From Candidatus Giovannonibacteria bacterium (GTDB taxonomy: Bacteria > Patescibacteriota > Minisyncoccia > JACPKW01 > UBA11713), in contig JAHFOJ010000001.1 of NCBI GenBank assembly GCA_023266875.1, forward strand, positions 12,851 through 76,850: a stretch of DNA of 64,000 nt, written 5' to 3'. Made by a program: the position numbers and the translations under genes. The notes beneath the pieces are model-generated. The model ran no database searches. It had not been told where the DNA came from and saw only the letters and a list, made by a program, of their open reading frames with translations. This document shows positions 22,283 to 32,497 of the stretch, piece after piece. The first letter of the stretch is position 1, and every line of letters starts with the position of its first letter.

Positions 22283-24514
22283 CTATTTTTTGCCCCTCGC
22301 ATCTTCTATACTCGCTTCAAATTTTGAAACTTCATCCTTTAAACTGTGGTCAAGCGCCAGCGCCTCATGGGCAAAATCCAAAGCTTTATCATAACTTCCC
22401 GAATCGGCGTAAATTTCAGCGAGGGAAAGAGTCGAACTTACACTCTTAGAAGCCCGATATGATGTCTCGTAAAGAAAGGTGGCGATTGCTGGCAATTTTC
22501 TACTAAGCGCGAGTTTGCCTATGGTTTCAATTTCATCATTTTGAATAGCTACGCCCAATTCGTTGATATTAATCAGAGATTTTCTAACCCCCTGTTCGTC
22601 TCCCATAAAAACATACGCCATCATAATAGTTTTCCAAAATGCCCATGACTTGGCCTTATAGCGCTCCAAATCCGCTAAAATCGACGAAGCATTTTCTTTA
22701 TCGCCTCTTGCCAAATAGAGCTCGATTAAACCGATTTTCACCGGAACATAATCAGGTGCCAAAGATACAGCATTTTTATATTCATCTAAAGCTTCTTTGT
22801 AACCATTGCCGGTAAGTGAATAATACTGCTCAAGCAGGCGCGCGAGAAAAATATGATGCTTAGGGCTAAAATGCGCCGCTACTTCCTTCTTCATTTCGCT
22901 AATTGTTAAATTCATGAGCTCTAAAATTTCCTCGGGTTTTAGAGAAGTTTTTGTGGTCACAACTGTATTTGTAAGATTGGTCAATTGCTCCCGCCCTTCA
23001 CGCTGGCCGAACGTGCCCTCACTAAGAACTGACTTGAATTTGCCTAAGACATCGGAAAAATTCACGCCCTCGGAAGTCGTGCTCATGGTATTAATCAAAT
23101 TATAAGCCACGCTTATCGGCTTCGCGTTAATCCAGACCGCTAAAACCAGACCAAAAATAATAGCCGTCGCCGGCGCAATAATTTCCTTTGTGCTGTTGCC
23201 TATTTTCACTCTTAAAGAACTTAGTGTTCCAGTATTCTCTCTCGAAGCCACATAGCCTAAAAACGAAATAAAAATGAGATGCGAGGTGATATTGTCAAAA
23301 ACAAATAGATTTTGAATAAGATACGACACCACAAGCCCTATAGCCAAGATCCCTTCGTTTTTAGTCAACTTTCCCGCTCTCCAAAGTTTTACGAGAGTCC
23401 AAAAAATAATCGCGAATAATGCGAGATACGCTAGCCCTCCGAGAATTCCAGCGGAGACAAACCAATCCAGAACCACATTATGAGTCCGGTCAAACCACGG
23501 CTCGTTTCCAAAAAGGCTCGGAATGTAATGCTCGGCGTAAGGAATCTGAAAATTTTCAAGACCCCATCCAAGAAGCGGCCTATCTTTGACCGCAGAAAGG
23601 CCAATCTTCCAAATCATTACCCGTGAAACCGCGGTCGGCTCCGAAAAAGAAATCGAAGCCAGAGTTGAAATTCCCGGAATATTTTTAGCGATAAGAACGT
23701 CATGGTATTTATAAATCATAAATGCAGAAAAAAGAGATACGGCTATAAGAATTCCAGCCGCAATTTTTATCTTCTTGGATTTATTAAACAGGATGAAGAG
23801 TAAAAGCATTATCAAAAAGCCAGCCCCAAATCCGACTAAAGCGCCGCGCGTTTGGGAAAATAACAGAACAATGGTATCAAGGATAAAAGCTACACCAAGA
23901 ATAATTTTAAGCCAGAGCTTCTTTGACTTAAGAAGTGCCCAGCAAATGAAAAATAGATGAAACAATAGATAAATCGCAAGATATATCGAATTGCCTAAAG
24001 TGGAAAAAATTCTCCCGCCGCCTGTTAAACTTGAAATCGCGCCAGTCTTTTCAAGCAAGCCGTAAAAACTAACAATTACACTTGTCGCGAGAGAGACAAA
24101 AAATAAGACAGTCCAATCCCGATCCTTTTTCATGACAGACGAAAGAACCAAAAACAGAAGGAATAAATGCAAATAAGTTATAAGCCCTTCCATCCGCTCA
24201 AAATTGGACCAGAAACTTCGGTATGGATCAGCGCTAAATACAGTTGAAAGCGATGCAATTGCTATTAAAGCAAATAGCGCCCAAAAAATCATGGTGCGCC
24301 GCGGACGATATTCCTGATTCAAAATAGCGACACTTATCCAAAGGGCGCCAATTATTTCAACTACAATTCTGAAAATAAAATTCTTCCCGCTTATAAATGG
24401 AAAATAAAGCGAAGATGAAATAACAAGAGCAATTAAAGGCAAAATAAAAATTCCTCCTTTAATTATCAGGAGAAAAACCCTCTCAAGCGTCCAAGCATCC
24501 GGTCTTGATGACAT
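22283..24514 (-). CDS. O-antigen-ligase/O-oligosaccharyltransferase-like membrane protein with C-terminal TPRs (paralog)
   Basis: STLGN, TRGA, RPLLGWGLENF, EPWFDRTHN. Confidence 0.85.
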   Translation of the reverse strand: MSSRPDAWTLERVFLLIIKGGIFILPLIALVISSSLYFPFISGKNFIFRIVVEIIGALWISVAILNQEYRPRRTMIFWALFALIAIASLSTVFSADPYRSFWSNFERMEGLITYLHLFLLFLVLSSVMKKDRDWTVLFFVSLATSVIVSFYGLLEKTGAISSLTGGGRIFSTLGNSIYLAIYLLFHLFFICWALLKSKKLWLKIILGVAFILDTIVLLFSQTRGALVGFGAGFLIMLLLFILFNKSKKIKIAAGILIAVSLFSAFMIYKYHDVLIAKNIPGISTLASISFSEPTAVSRVMIWKIGLSAVKDRPLLGWGLENFQIPYAEHYIPSLFGNEPWFDRTHNVVLDWFVSAGILGGLAYLALFAIIFWTLVKLWRAGKLTKNEGILAIGLVVSYLIQNLFVFDNITSHLIFISFLGYVASRENTGTLSSLRVKIGNSTKEIIAPATAIIFGLVLAVWINAKPISVAYNLINTMSTTSEGVNFSDVLGKFKSVLSEGTFGQREGREQLTNLTNTVVTTKTSLKPEEILELMNLTISEMKKEVAAHFSPKHHIFLARLLEQYYSLTGNGYKEALDEYKNAVSLAPDYVPVKIGLIELYLARGDKENASSILADLERYKAKSWAFWKTIMMAYVFMGDEQGVRKSLININELGVAIQNDEIETIGKLALSRKLPAIATFLYETSYRASKSVSSTLSLAEIYADSGSYDKALDFAHEALALDHSLKDEVSKFEASIEDARGKK

Positions 24515-24529
24515 AATCAGCTAATCTTA

Positions 24530-25369
24530 CTACTTGGCACCTGTCGAATCAAATTTACGCAGTATTGGCAATGCTTCAGAGATTGTTGTGAATTTTGAAT
24601 ATCTTAAGAGATTCTCAAAACGTTTCCGCGCTCTAGCATTCCCCCAATAATTTATAACGCGCGACATAAGCCGCGCCTCCGGCGAACTTTTCTCTAAATC
24701 CAAATCACGCATATGAAAGTAGTAGACAATCGGACAACCAGAAACATTCCAAAAATATTCCAATATTTTTCGCTCCCAATCCGCAAGATACCTAAAATAA
24801 GCGCCTCCGGAAAATGGAATATTTTTTATGAATCTTGCTGTCGGAACAGGTATTTCAAGAATTTTTCCATGTTTGGTTCCGCGAAAATGAGGGAAACGAG
24901 GTGCATGGTTATCGCCATAAAGTGGTGTCTTAAGGGGAAACAAGCTTGATGAATATTCGAATCCAACGCGCTTCAAAATTTCCCAGAACCGCGGAGTTTG
25001 CTTCGCTGACACAGACCACGACGGAGCGCGATAACCAATTACCTTTTCTCCCGATATGGATTCGAGCATTTTTTTGCCAATCGAAATGTCCGCGTCAAAT
25101 TCCGATTCGCTCATATTATAAACAAGTTTGTGCGACATTCCATGAAACGCCAGCTCGTGGCCGGCATTCGCTACCCGCCGAATCAAATCTTTATTCGGCT
25201 CTATAAGATCCCCAACAATGAAAAACGTGGCTTTGGCTTTGCTATCCGTCAGCATTTTGAGAATCGAGTCGAGGCCGCGCGCTAATCCCGCCGGGTCAGA
25301 AGCAATATTTTGCCCCCCAAAATTCATGTGCCGCGCCTCTTCAATATCAAAAGTCAGAATATTGGGCAT
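24530..25369 (-). CDS. polysaccharide deacetylase (CE4, DUF3473-type)
   Basis: TFDIE, ATFF, HELAFHG.SH, GYRAPSWS, GGAYFR, YFH. Confidence 0.88.
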   Translation of the reverse strand: MPNILTFDIEEARHMNFGGQNIASDPAGLARGLDSILKMLTDSKAKATFFIVGDLIEPNKDLIRRVANAGHELAFHGMSHKLVYNMSESEFDADISIGKKMLESISGEKVIGYRAPSWSVSAKQTPRFWEILKRVGFEYSSSLFPLKTPLYGDNHAPRFPHFRGTKHGKILEIPVPTARFIKNIPFSGGAYFRYLADWERKILEYFWNVSGCPIVYYFHMRDLDLEKSSPEARLMSRVINYWGNARARKRFENLLRYSKFTTISEALPILRKFDSTGAK

Positions 25370-25406
25370 TATTTCTATTCTACCTTGCTGATGATAAAAT
25401 ATGACA

Positions 25407-26723
25407 ATGCATAAGTTCGTGGTAAATTATCGCAAAGAGTTAATAATTTTTTTTATTGCGCTTGCGGCACGGTTATTTTTTTTCGCTTTCTTCTACCCAG
25501 CATTTGGCCACGATAATTTTATCAAAGGTGATGCCATCGAATATTTGAATATTGCCCAGAATATTTGGCAAACCGGCACTTTCTCAAATCTGACGCCGCC
25601 TTCAAGCGTGCCCACAATTTCAGACGGACCGCTCTACCCACTTTTTTTGCTATTAACCGGCTCTCGATTTCATTTTATGTTTCCGCTAATATTCCAGCTT
25701 TTCATAGGTGCACTGACAGCTGTGCTAGTCTATAAGTTAAGCATGCGCGCAGGCCTCAAAAAGAGCGCTTGGCTGGCCTCATCTTTTTTTGTCCTCGAAC
25801 CGGGAATCCTTTTTTTTACATCTCAAATTTTTACGGAAACCTTGTTTCTATTCTTTTTTCTTTTAGGCCTTTATTATATTTCGGATTCGGAACTGCGGAC
25901 AAAACACGTAGCCCTTGCCGCGTTTTTTTTGGCCCTTGCCACACTCGCCCGATCGATTGCGCTTTATTCCTCGTTCGTTTTGTTGATATACATCATCGTA
26001 GTGTCTCTCTTTAAAAAAGAGGCATTACGCCCCATTGTCTTTAAAACTTTCGCATTCGCCGGAATTTTCCTTATAATCATTTCCCCATGGGTCGTAAGAA
26101 ACAAAAAATCATTCAATATCTATACCATAAGTTCAGGAGAGGAAATCTCCCTTGCCGCATATGCAATCCCAGCATATTTTTCATGGCATGACCGCATAGG
26201 ATTTCACGATGCCCAAATTAAAGTACAAACAGATTACGCCGCGCGCGGCATCTATGAAGATTTCGACCGCGGAACAAATTTCAACATTAGAAAAGAATTT
26301 CTGAAAATAGTCTCCTCTGATCCAGCCGGATACATCTGGAGCCAAATCCGTTTTTCCCCTGAGTTCTTTATTTCAAGCGGATGGCAAAGCATCGTGGACG
26401 CATTCCAAAAAAAGAGATTAGAAGTTCCACGTTTCGGCGAAATGCCAGCGCCATCGGCCGCACGGATCTTAGGTTCTGGCTTTTGGCTTGTTCTTACGCT
26501 TCTTGCGCTTGCGGGGATCCTGCGCACTCTAAATGCAGAAAAGAATAATCGCATTCTCTACATTTTATTCGCGCTAATTATTTTTGAATTCGCCTTCCTG
26601 ACAGGCTCATTAGCCCACTCACGCTATCGCTTCCCGGTAAATCCAATTATATTTCTATTCGCCGCTAACGCTATCTATGAAATAAAAACACTATTTCCAG
26701 GCAAGGAGCAAAATGCCGCTTAA
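25407..26723 (+). CDS. GT-C (ArnT/PMT-like) membrane glycosyltransferase
   Basis: DA..Y...A, PLYP, TETLF, PWVVRN, RYRFP; multi-TM; start 25401 or 25407. Confidence 0.8.
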   Translation: MHKFVVNYRKELIIFFIALAARLFFFAFFYPAFGHDNFIKGDAIEYLNIAQNIWQTGTFSNLTPPSSVPTISDGPLYPLFLLLTGSRFHFMFPLIFQLFIGALTAVLVYKLSMRAGLKKSAWLASSFFVLEPGILFFTSQIFTETLFLFFFLLGLYYISDSELRTKHVALAAFFLALATLARSIALYSSFVLLIYIIVVSLFKKEALRPIVFKTFAFAGIFLIIISPWVVRNKKSFNIYTISSGEEISLAAYAIPAYFSWHDRIGFHDAQIKVQTDYAARGIYEDFDRGTNFNIRKEFLKIVSSDPAGYIWSQIRFSPEFFISSGWQSIVDAFQKKRLEVPRFGEMPAPSAARILGSGFWLVLTLLALAGILRTLNAEKNNRILYILFALIIFEFAFLTGSLAHSRYRFPVNPIIFLFAANAIYEIKTLFPGKEQNAA

Positions 26724-27050
26724 GATAAGAAAAGTCGCGGCAGCCTTTATGATGGTTATCTCTTCTCCAAAAATAAAGTGCGATAATAATATCACCAAAA
26801 TAAGCACGCTTGCAGTTACGAATGGGAATGCAAAACTAACATCAGTTCGGGAGTTAATAAAAAACCAGAGCGCAAACGCCAGGCCATACACAATAAGTGT
26901 TATCCAAACATAGCCGTTCTTTAGCAATAAAAAAATAAAATCTATGACGTTTGCAAATTGGTACCCCGTGAATTTTGAAGCCCCCTTTTTAAGCAATATC
27001 TGCCCAAGCGTTAAGAGCCCAGCCATCAAAAAAAGAAGCGAATAAATCAT
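26691..27050 (-). CDS. small multidrug-resistance/EamA-like protein (ArnE/F-like flippase subunit)
   Basis: GQILLKKG, S.AFP, FGEEIT; 4 TMs; 119 aa. Confidence 0.75.
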   Translation of the reverse strand: MIYSLLFLMAGLLTLGQILLKKGASKFTGYQFANVIDFIFLLLKNGYVWITLIVYGLAFALWFFINSRTDVSFAFPFVTASVLILVILLSHFIFGEEITIIKAAATFLILSGILLLAWK

Positions 27051-27058
27051 AGAAGATA

Positions 27059-28078
27059 TTATAGACCTATTTGCGAATTAATTTTAGGACCGAGGGCTTT
27101 AATTACGAACGAAGGCAATAATCTCCAAACCGAGGAGGCTATTTTAAATAAGCGACTTTCGGGATCCGGCGGATTAATTTTCTTTCCATAAAAATAGAAT
27201 GCGTCAGTCAAGGGCATTTCTTCGGCGCCCCAACCACTTTTCGCAAAATATATGTTCGTTCTTGGCCGAGTTCTCCCAAAATCTATCATCAAATAGCCGT
27301 TTCTCTTCCCCCATTTTATCAGTTCCCACATTAAAAATGTCTGCGGATCCAGCTTGCGAAAATCATTCGTGACGACACTAGACCAATGATAAAGTTTTTT
27401 CTTATAACACATTACCGTGTAAGCTGCGACTTCTCGATTTTCAAATATAGCAAAAAACAACTTAAAAATTCCAACTGAATGCAATTCATCCCAAAGACAA
27501 TAAAAAAACTCTAAAGACTGCTGAGGTGACCCATGCCGCCTCATAGTCTCCAAGTAAATTGGATAAAAGAGTTTAAGATCTTCTCTCGCGCTAACTTCTT
27601 TAAAAATAAGTTTATTTTCGCGCTCTATTTTATGAATCTCGTTGCGGATATTTTTCCGCATTTGAGCTAATAGCGCGTCTTCGTCTCTGGCGATATCAAG
27701 CTCAAAAGTTACATATATTGACCGGCAAATAAAATGTAATTTTTCAAAAATATGTTTATGCGATTCCTGAACATCCCTTATCTCGATTGATCTGACATTC
27801 CTATCCTTTCCTTCTCGGATTGCCGTCCGAAGTAAATCCAATCGGTTCTCATTAGAAGACGCCAACGGCCCTCCATGATCCGCAAAAGGCATCGAGATTA
27901 GCCGATCCCCAAAAATAAAACTTTTTATAAAAACCAATGGCAATACTCCGCCATCTTCGATATAGATGGGTTCAATTCCAGCTGTACGGCAAATCTCGCC
28001 CCATTCCCATAAATGATATGGAGCTGACCCTAGATTTGAATTGACTAGTTCATTCCACTTTATCCGATCGATCGCCAT
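27059..28078 (-). CDS. FemAB-like GNAT acyltransferase
   Basis: LISMPFADHGG, RKNIRNEI, DFGRT, K..WG. Confidence 0.82.
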   Translation of the reverse strand: MAIDRIKWNELVNSNLGSAPYHLWEWGEICRTAGIEPIYIEDGGVLPLVFIKSFIFGDRLISMPFADHGGPLASSNENRLDLLRTAIREGKDRNVRSIEIRDVQESHKHIFEKLHFICRSIYVTFELDIARDEDALLAQMRKNIRNEIHKIERENKLIFKEVSAREDLKLFYPIYLETMRRHGSPQQSLEFFYCLWDELHSVGIFKLFFAIFENREVAAYTVMCYKKKLYHWSSVVTNDFRKLDPQTFLMWELIKWGKRNGYLMIDFGRTRPRTNIYFAKSGWGAEEMPLTDAFYFYGKKINPPDPESRLFKIASSVWRLLPSFVIKALGPKINSQIGL

Positions 28079-28397
28079 TGTGAAGCGCTATTTCGCGCAC
28101 TATCTTCGTAAGATTCTGCTCTAAACTTTCAATTTGCATCAAAAGTTTAAAAATAACATAAAAAATAAGCAAAATCGCAATAAAAAACGCGGCATCAGTC
28201 CCACGCGAAACACCTAAAAAAACTGCGACGACATCAGAAAATGCCGGATGAAATACGACCACAATCACAATAAGCCAAAGAACAAACCACGCAGCAAGAC
28301 GCCTTAATGAAAGCGCCCCTCTGCGGTAAGAAGCAAATAAACTCGCAAGAGCGAGAAATGAAATAAGTGTTGCTAAAATTTGGATGTAACTAAGCAT
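28050..28397 (-). CDS. DUF2304 family membrane protein
   Basis: LGVSRGTD and LEQNLTKIVREIAL; family commonly paired with GT2s. Confidence 0.85.
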   Translation of the reverse strand: MLSYIQILATLISFLALASLFASYRRGALSLRRLAAWFVLWLIVIVVVFHPAFSDVVAVFLGVSRGTDAAFFIAILLIFYVIFKLLMQIESLEQNLTKIVREIALHNGDRSDKVE

Positions 28398-28551
28398 ATT
28401 TTTCTATCTTAATTTATTATCGCGAACAAACCGATCGCAAATGTGATTAAATTAATATAATCTAGCCCAATCATCTAAATATAGAATAGCATGAAATTAT
28501 TATTTTATGAATAGATTATTGCTAGACATTGTGCTAGACTTTCGGGATATA

Positions 28552-30939
28552 ATGAATCGAAAAACTTGCTATAAAATCGCCGCAGTCATTATTGTCGGAG
28601 CAAGCCTGACCGCGTTCGCATATTATAGCTTGAACGCCAAAGATCAGTTAATCCGCTCCCCCTTTTACCAGTATTTTCTGCACACATTCCGTTCATTTAG
28701 AAAACTGGCGGACATACCATATCTTATCTATAAACCGATCCCAGATAATCTTCCGGTCTATGAACTTGCGCTTTCGACAAAAGATATAGCAGAACTTGAC
28801 CGCGCGCTTCCGCAAGATCCGATAAAAGGGCGCCTGACCGATGAATACAAAACTGAAGTTAAGGCGTATTTCCGGTCTGGAGATTATTTGGAGCAAGTTA
28901 AGGTAAGATATCGCGGCTGGGAACCAAACCACTGGAACGCGATGAAAAAATCATATTTTATTAAATTTTCCAGCGAAGCGCCTTTCAACGGCTACAAAGA
29001 AATTTCATTTATAATCCCTGAAGATAGATCTTACGGCGCTGAAGCTCTTAATATATATCGCGCTCAAAAACTTGGACTCTTCGCACCTAAAATATGGTTT
29101 GCGCATATAAAGCTAAATGGGCAAGACATGGGAGTTTACCTTGCCATCCCGCATTGGTATAGAAATCTTCTTGAAACAAATAAAATACAGGACGCTTCCA
29201 ATATTTTCGTAACTAAAGACCTTTCTCTCCAAGATCAGAAACAGGTAGATTTTTTTGATCCAAAAAATATAGATTTATGGAAAGACGCGGTAAGCAACAC
29301 TGACACAAATCCACAGGGAGCGGCGGAGCTTAAAAATTTCCTTGAGCTTTTATATAACGCCCCTGAAGCGATTCTTGAGAAAACAGCCCCAATAGCGATT
29401 AATATGGATGACTTTTATTCTTGGATGATTTTAAACTCTCTCACTTCCTCCAGCCACCAAAACAAAAATAATAATAGCATTTTCTTAAGAAACTCTATAG
29501 ATAATAAATTCTCGCCAATCCCTTGGGATGTTGGCATATTTAAGCCCGGCCCTGTCAGGCTTGATTTAAATATTCTCGCCGGGCGGATATTATCTATACC
29601 AGTTTTTCGAGATGAATATCTAAAACGGCTCAGCGGATATGTTTCAAACCCAGGCAACTTGAGAGATGATTTGGCTTATTATGACAAAATAACAGCTGAA
29701 ATAAAAATTCCGCTTTATAAGGATCTAGCTAAATTGCCCCTAAATTATCAAGTCGGGAAAGATATTTCTAAATATCGAAAAATGATTGAACAAAACTTTA
29801 ATTATGTAAAAGACACTCTGGTCTCCGGTAATACAAATGAATTATTTCAAGGATCAGCCCAAGTTAACATAAATCCAGACTATAAATTACCTCCATTTTA
29901 TGAAGCGGCATCCGCGGCTTTAGCAACATTTCTCGCTCTGCATCCGCAATTTTATCCCCAAGACGAAGACACGGTTGCAATCGGGCCAGGCAGTTACACA
30001 ATTTCAGAAGATGTAGTGGTGCCAGCAAAATATTCGCTTGACATCAAACCCGGAACGACACTTTTTATTAACGGGGGGGCTTCCATCATTTCTTGGAACA
30101 AGCTTACGGCTCAAGGCAAGCCTGATGCGCTCATTACTATTAAAAAAGCCAATGAAAAACCTTGGGGGAATATTTTGATAATAGGGGCACCGAACGAGAC
30201 GAGCATTTTAAAATTCGTGAATATATCCGGCGGATCAGGATTCCACAAATACGGCATAACTCAAACCGGCATGCTGGCGTTCGCCGCCAAAGGTCAAAAC
30301 GTGGTTGTTAAAAATAGTTCTTTTAATAATTCTTATGACGATGATGAGTTAAATATTAAATATGGGAATGTCTTGATCGAAAATAATACTTTCAATGATT
30401 CATATTCTGATGCGATCGATCTTGACGTATCCACCGGCATCGTTCGAGGAAATACATTCACTGAGCTTGGCTTCCGGCAAACCGATAAGCCGCCGATCTT
30501 GGACGGCGATGGAATAGATATTAGTTTTTCAAAAATTGAAATCTCCTATAATGTAGTTTTGAACTGTGCCGATAAGGGACTATCTCTCGGCGAGGTCTCT
30601 GAACCAACGGCGCACGATAATTTTATCTACGATTGTAATTTTGGCGCTGCGGTCAAAGACCGCTCGCAAGCGCACATGGATCGTAATTACTTCATTGCAA
30701 ATCGCACGAGCGGAGTCGATATCAAGGAGAAAAAATCGCTCTATGGACCAGGCCAAGCGTGGGTAACCAACTCGCTGTTTTGGAAAAACAAACAAGATAT
30801 CTCGATTGAAAATAATTCCAATCTCGCCGAAAGCACAAATAATATTCTGGGCATCATTCCTTCTTCAACTCTAGATTTTAAAATAATTCTTCCTCCAGAA
30901 TTTTATAGAATATTTGAAACGCTGAATATTTCAAAATGA
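28552..30939 (+). CDS. CotH-family kinase fused to a right-handed parallel beta-helix, with an N-terminal anchor
   Basis: VRYRG, KKSY.IKF, NG.DMGVY, PIPWD; C-terminal DAIDLD/DGIDIS/DKGLSLGE repeats; start 28507 or 28552. Confidence 0.8.
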   Translation: MNRKTCYKIAAVIIVGASLTAFAYYSLNAKDQLIRSPFYQYFLHTFRSFRKLADIPYLIYKPIPDNLPVYELALSTKDIAELDRALPQDPIKGRLTDEYKTEVKAYFRSGDYLEQVKVRYRGWEPNHWNAMKKSYFIKFSSEAPFNGYKEISFIIPEDRSYGAEALNIYRAQKLGLFAPKIWFAHIKLNGQDMGVYLAIPHWYRNLLETNKIQDASNIFVTKDLSLQDQKQVDFFDPKNIDLWKDAVSNTDTNPQGAAELKNFLELLYNAPEAILEKTAPIAINMDDFYSWMILNSLTSSSHQNKNNNSIFLRNSIDNKFSPIPWDVGIFKPGPVRLDLNILAGRILSIPVFRDEYLKRLSGYVSNPGNLRDDLAYYDKITAEIKIPLYKDLAKLPLNYQVGKDISKYRKMIEQNFNYVKDTLVSGNTNELFQGSAQVNINPDYKLPPFYEAASAALATFLALHPQFYPQDEDTVAIGPGSYTISEDVVVPAKYSLDIKPGTTLFINGGASIISWNKLTAQGKPDALITIKKANEKPWGNILIIGAPNETSILKFVNISGGSGFHKYGITQTGMLAFAAKGQNVVVKNSSFNNSYDDDELNIKYGNVLIENNTFNDSYSDAIDLDVSTGIVRGNTFTELGFRQTDKPPILDGDGIDISFSKIEISYNVVLNCADKGLSLGEVSEPTAHDNFIYDCNFGAAVKDRSQAHMDRNYFIANRTSGVDIKEKKSLYGPGQAWVTNSLFWKNKQDISIENNSNLAESTNNILGIIPSSTLDFKIILPPEFYRIFETLNISK

Positions 30940-31676
30940 TAAATACATTCTATCGTTTCGAATTTAAATATCATATCTCGCGTCAACTTGCCCTCATTTT
31001 AGAAAGCGAGCTTAAACATTTTGGGATGAAGCCTGACGCATATGCCCAAAAAACCGAAACGAAATCATACATAGTAAACAGTCTTTATTTTGATTCGCTT
31101 TTGATGGACGATTATTTTGACAAAACCGGAGGATTTTTGGAGAGAAAGAAAATTAGAGCAAGAATTTATGAACCGTTTATCAAAGACTCAACCGTTGTCT
31201 GGCTTGAGATGAAAATGAAACACGATATCGCTGTTCGGAAAGAACGCGTTTCGCTGACACTCCCAGAGTGGTCGCTTCTACAAAAAAGCGAAAATTATTC
31301 AAAAGTCGCTGGACTCAAAGATCCGGAAGAAAGGAGAGTATTTGAAAATATCGCTTTCAGAATTATTGGAGACAATATGCGCCCGCAGGCTGTTATACGG
31401 TACGAACGAAAACCTTTGGTTTACAGGCACGTCGAAGAAGTGAGAGTAACGTTCGACTGGAATTTGGAAACTTGCCGAGCTGATAATTTAGGCTATAATC
31501 CAGTTTATTCGCTCTTTCTGCCGCGCGACCAAGTTATTATGGAATTAAAATTTCAAACCCTGTTGCCCATATGGCTCCGAGATATAATTGGAAAATTCGG
31601 CCTGCGGCGTGATGCTTTTTCTAAGTATGGATATGGCCTTGAAGAGCTTAACCGCTATATTTCAATCCCGCGCTAA
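30936..31676 (+). CDS. VTC-domain (polyphosphate polymerase-like, CYTH/TTM fold) protein
   Basis: RFEFKY, SLYFDS, KKIRARIY, RVTFD, MELKF, FSKY. Confidence 0.9.
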   Translation: MINTFYRFEFKYHISRQLALILESELKHFGMKPDAYAQKTETKSYIVNSLYFDSLLMDDYFDKTGGFLERKKIRARIYEPFIKDSTVVWLEMKMKHDIAVRKERVSLTLPEWSLLQKSENYSKVAGLKDPEERRVFENIAFRIIGDNMRPQAVIRYERKPLVYRHVEEVRVTFDWNLETCRADNLGYNPVYSLFLPRDQVIMELKFQTLLPIWLRDIIGKFGLRRDAFSKYGYGLEELNRYISIPR

Positions 31677-31823
31677 AGCGTCGATTGATGAAAAATAATG
31701 ATAAAAAATGATAATCCAAATATATATTTCAGCTGTTGTAAAAAGTGGTGCGGGATATTCAATTGTTTAGATAAAATATTTATTGTAAACTTAATTTATT
31801 AACGTAATTTTATAAAAATTGGC

Positions 31824-32495
31824 ATGTCAAACTTTTTCAATCTCACAAGCACAGAATTATCGGCAACGGTAATAATTTTTAATTTATTCCTAGCGCTTAC
31901 TTTGGAACTAGTGATCGCCTGGGTATATAGGAAAACCCACCACGGTATTGCCTACTCGCAATCATTTCTCATGACGATTGTCATCATGGGGATCATGGTT
32001 TCCGTTGTAATGATGGTCGTAACCAATAATATCGTCGGTGCGTTTGCGCTCCTTGGAGCGTTCTCGCTAATCCGCTTCCGAACCATCATGAAAGAAACGC
32101 GTGACATCGCGTTTCTGTTTTCAGCGCTTGCCATTGGTGTCGCAGTAGGAACATCAAACTATTCCATCGCCATAATTGTTACGGTTTTTGTTGGCGCGCT
32201 TATCCTGATTTTAGAACGGCTAAATTTTGGATCTCTCGTACGGCGCGGCTATATTCTCACATTCCTTGCAGGTCGTGGGCACAACGAAACCAACCTCGAC
32301 AAAGTCTTCATAGAGTTCCTATCAGAATCACGTATTCTGCACGTTAAAGGTTTTAAAGAAGGAGAACGAGAATTTGCATACTTAATTAAACCAAAAGACG
32401 AAATGCAAATCTCAGAATTTATAAATCGCCTTGAGGCCCTGCCCGATCTTTCAGCCCCGTCCATCATCACCGGGCACGAAACCTCGGAGTATTAA
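31824..32495 (+). CDS. DUF4956 family membrane protein
   Basis: LGAFSLIRFRT.MKE.RD..FLF...A.G.A.G motif. Confidence 0.9.
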   Translation: MSNFFNLTSTELSATVIIFNLFLALTLELVIAWVYRKTHHGIAYSQSFLMTIVIMGIMVSVVMMVVTNNIVGAFALLGAFSLIRFRTIMKETRDIAFLFSALAIGVAVGTSNYSIAIIVTVFVGALILILERLNFGSLVRRGYILTFLAGRGHNETNLDKVFIEFLSESRILHVKGFKEGEREFAYLIKPKDEMQISEFINRLEALPDLSAPSIITGHETSEY

Positions 32496-32497
32496 TT

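Noticed and set aside
26691-26723. Convergent 3' overlaps (also 45718-45731) as antisense regulation
   Set aside because: Short tail-to-tail overlaps are common in compact genomes, and there is no further supporting signal.
31677-31823. AT-rich spacer between the VTC and DUF4956 genes with short ATGATAA repeats
   Set aside because: Low complexity, with no convincing ORF or structure.
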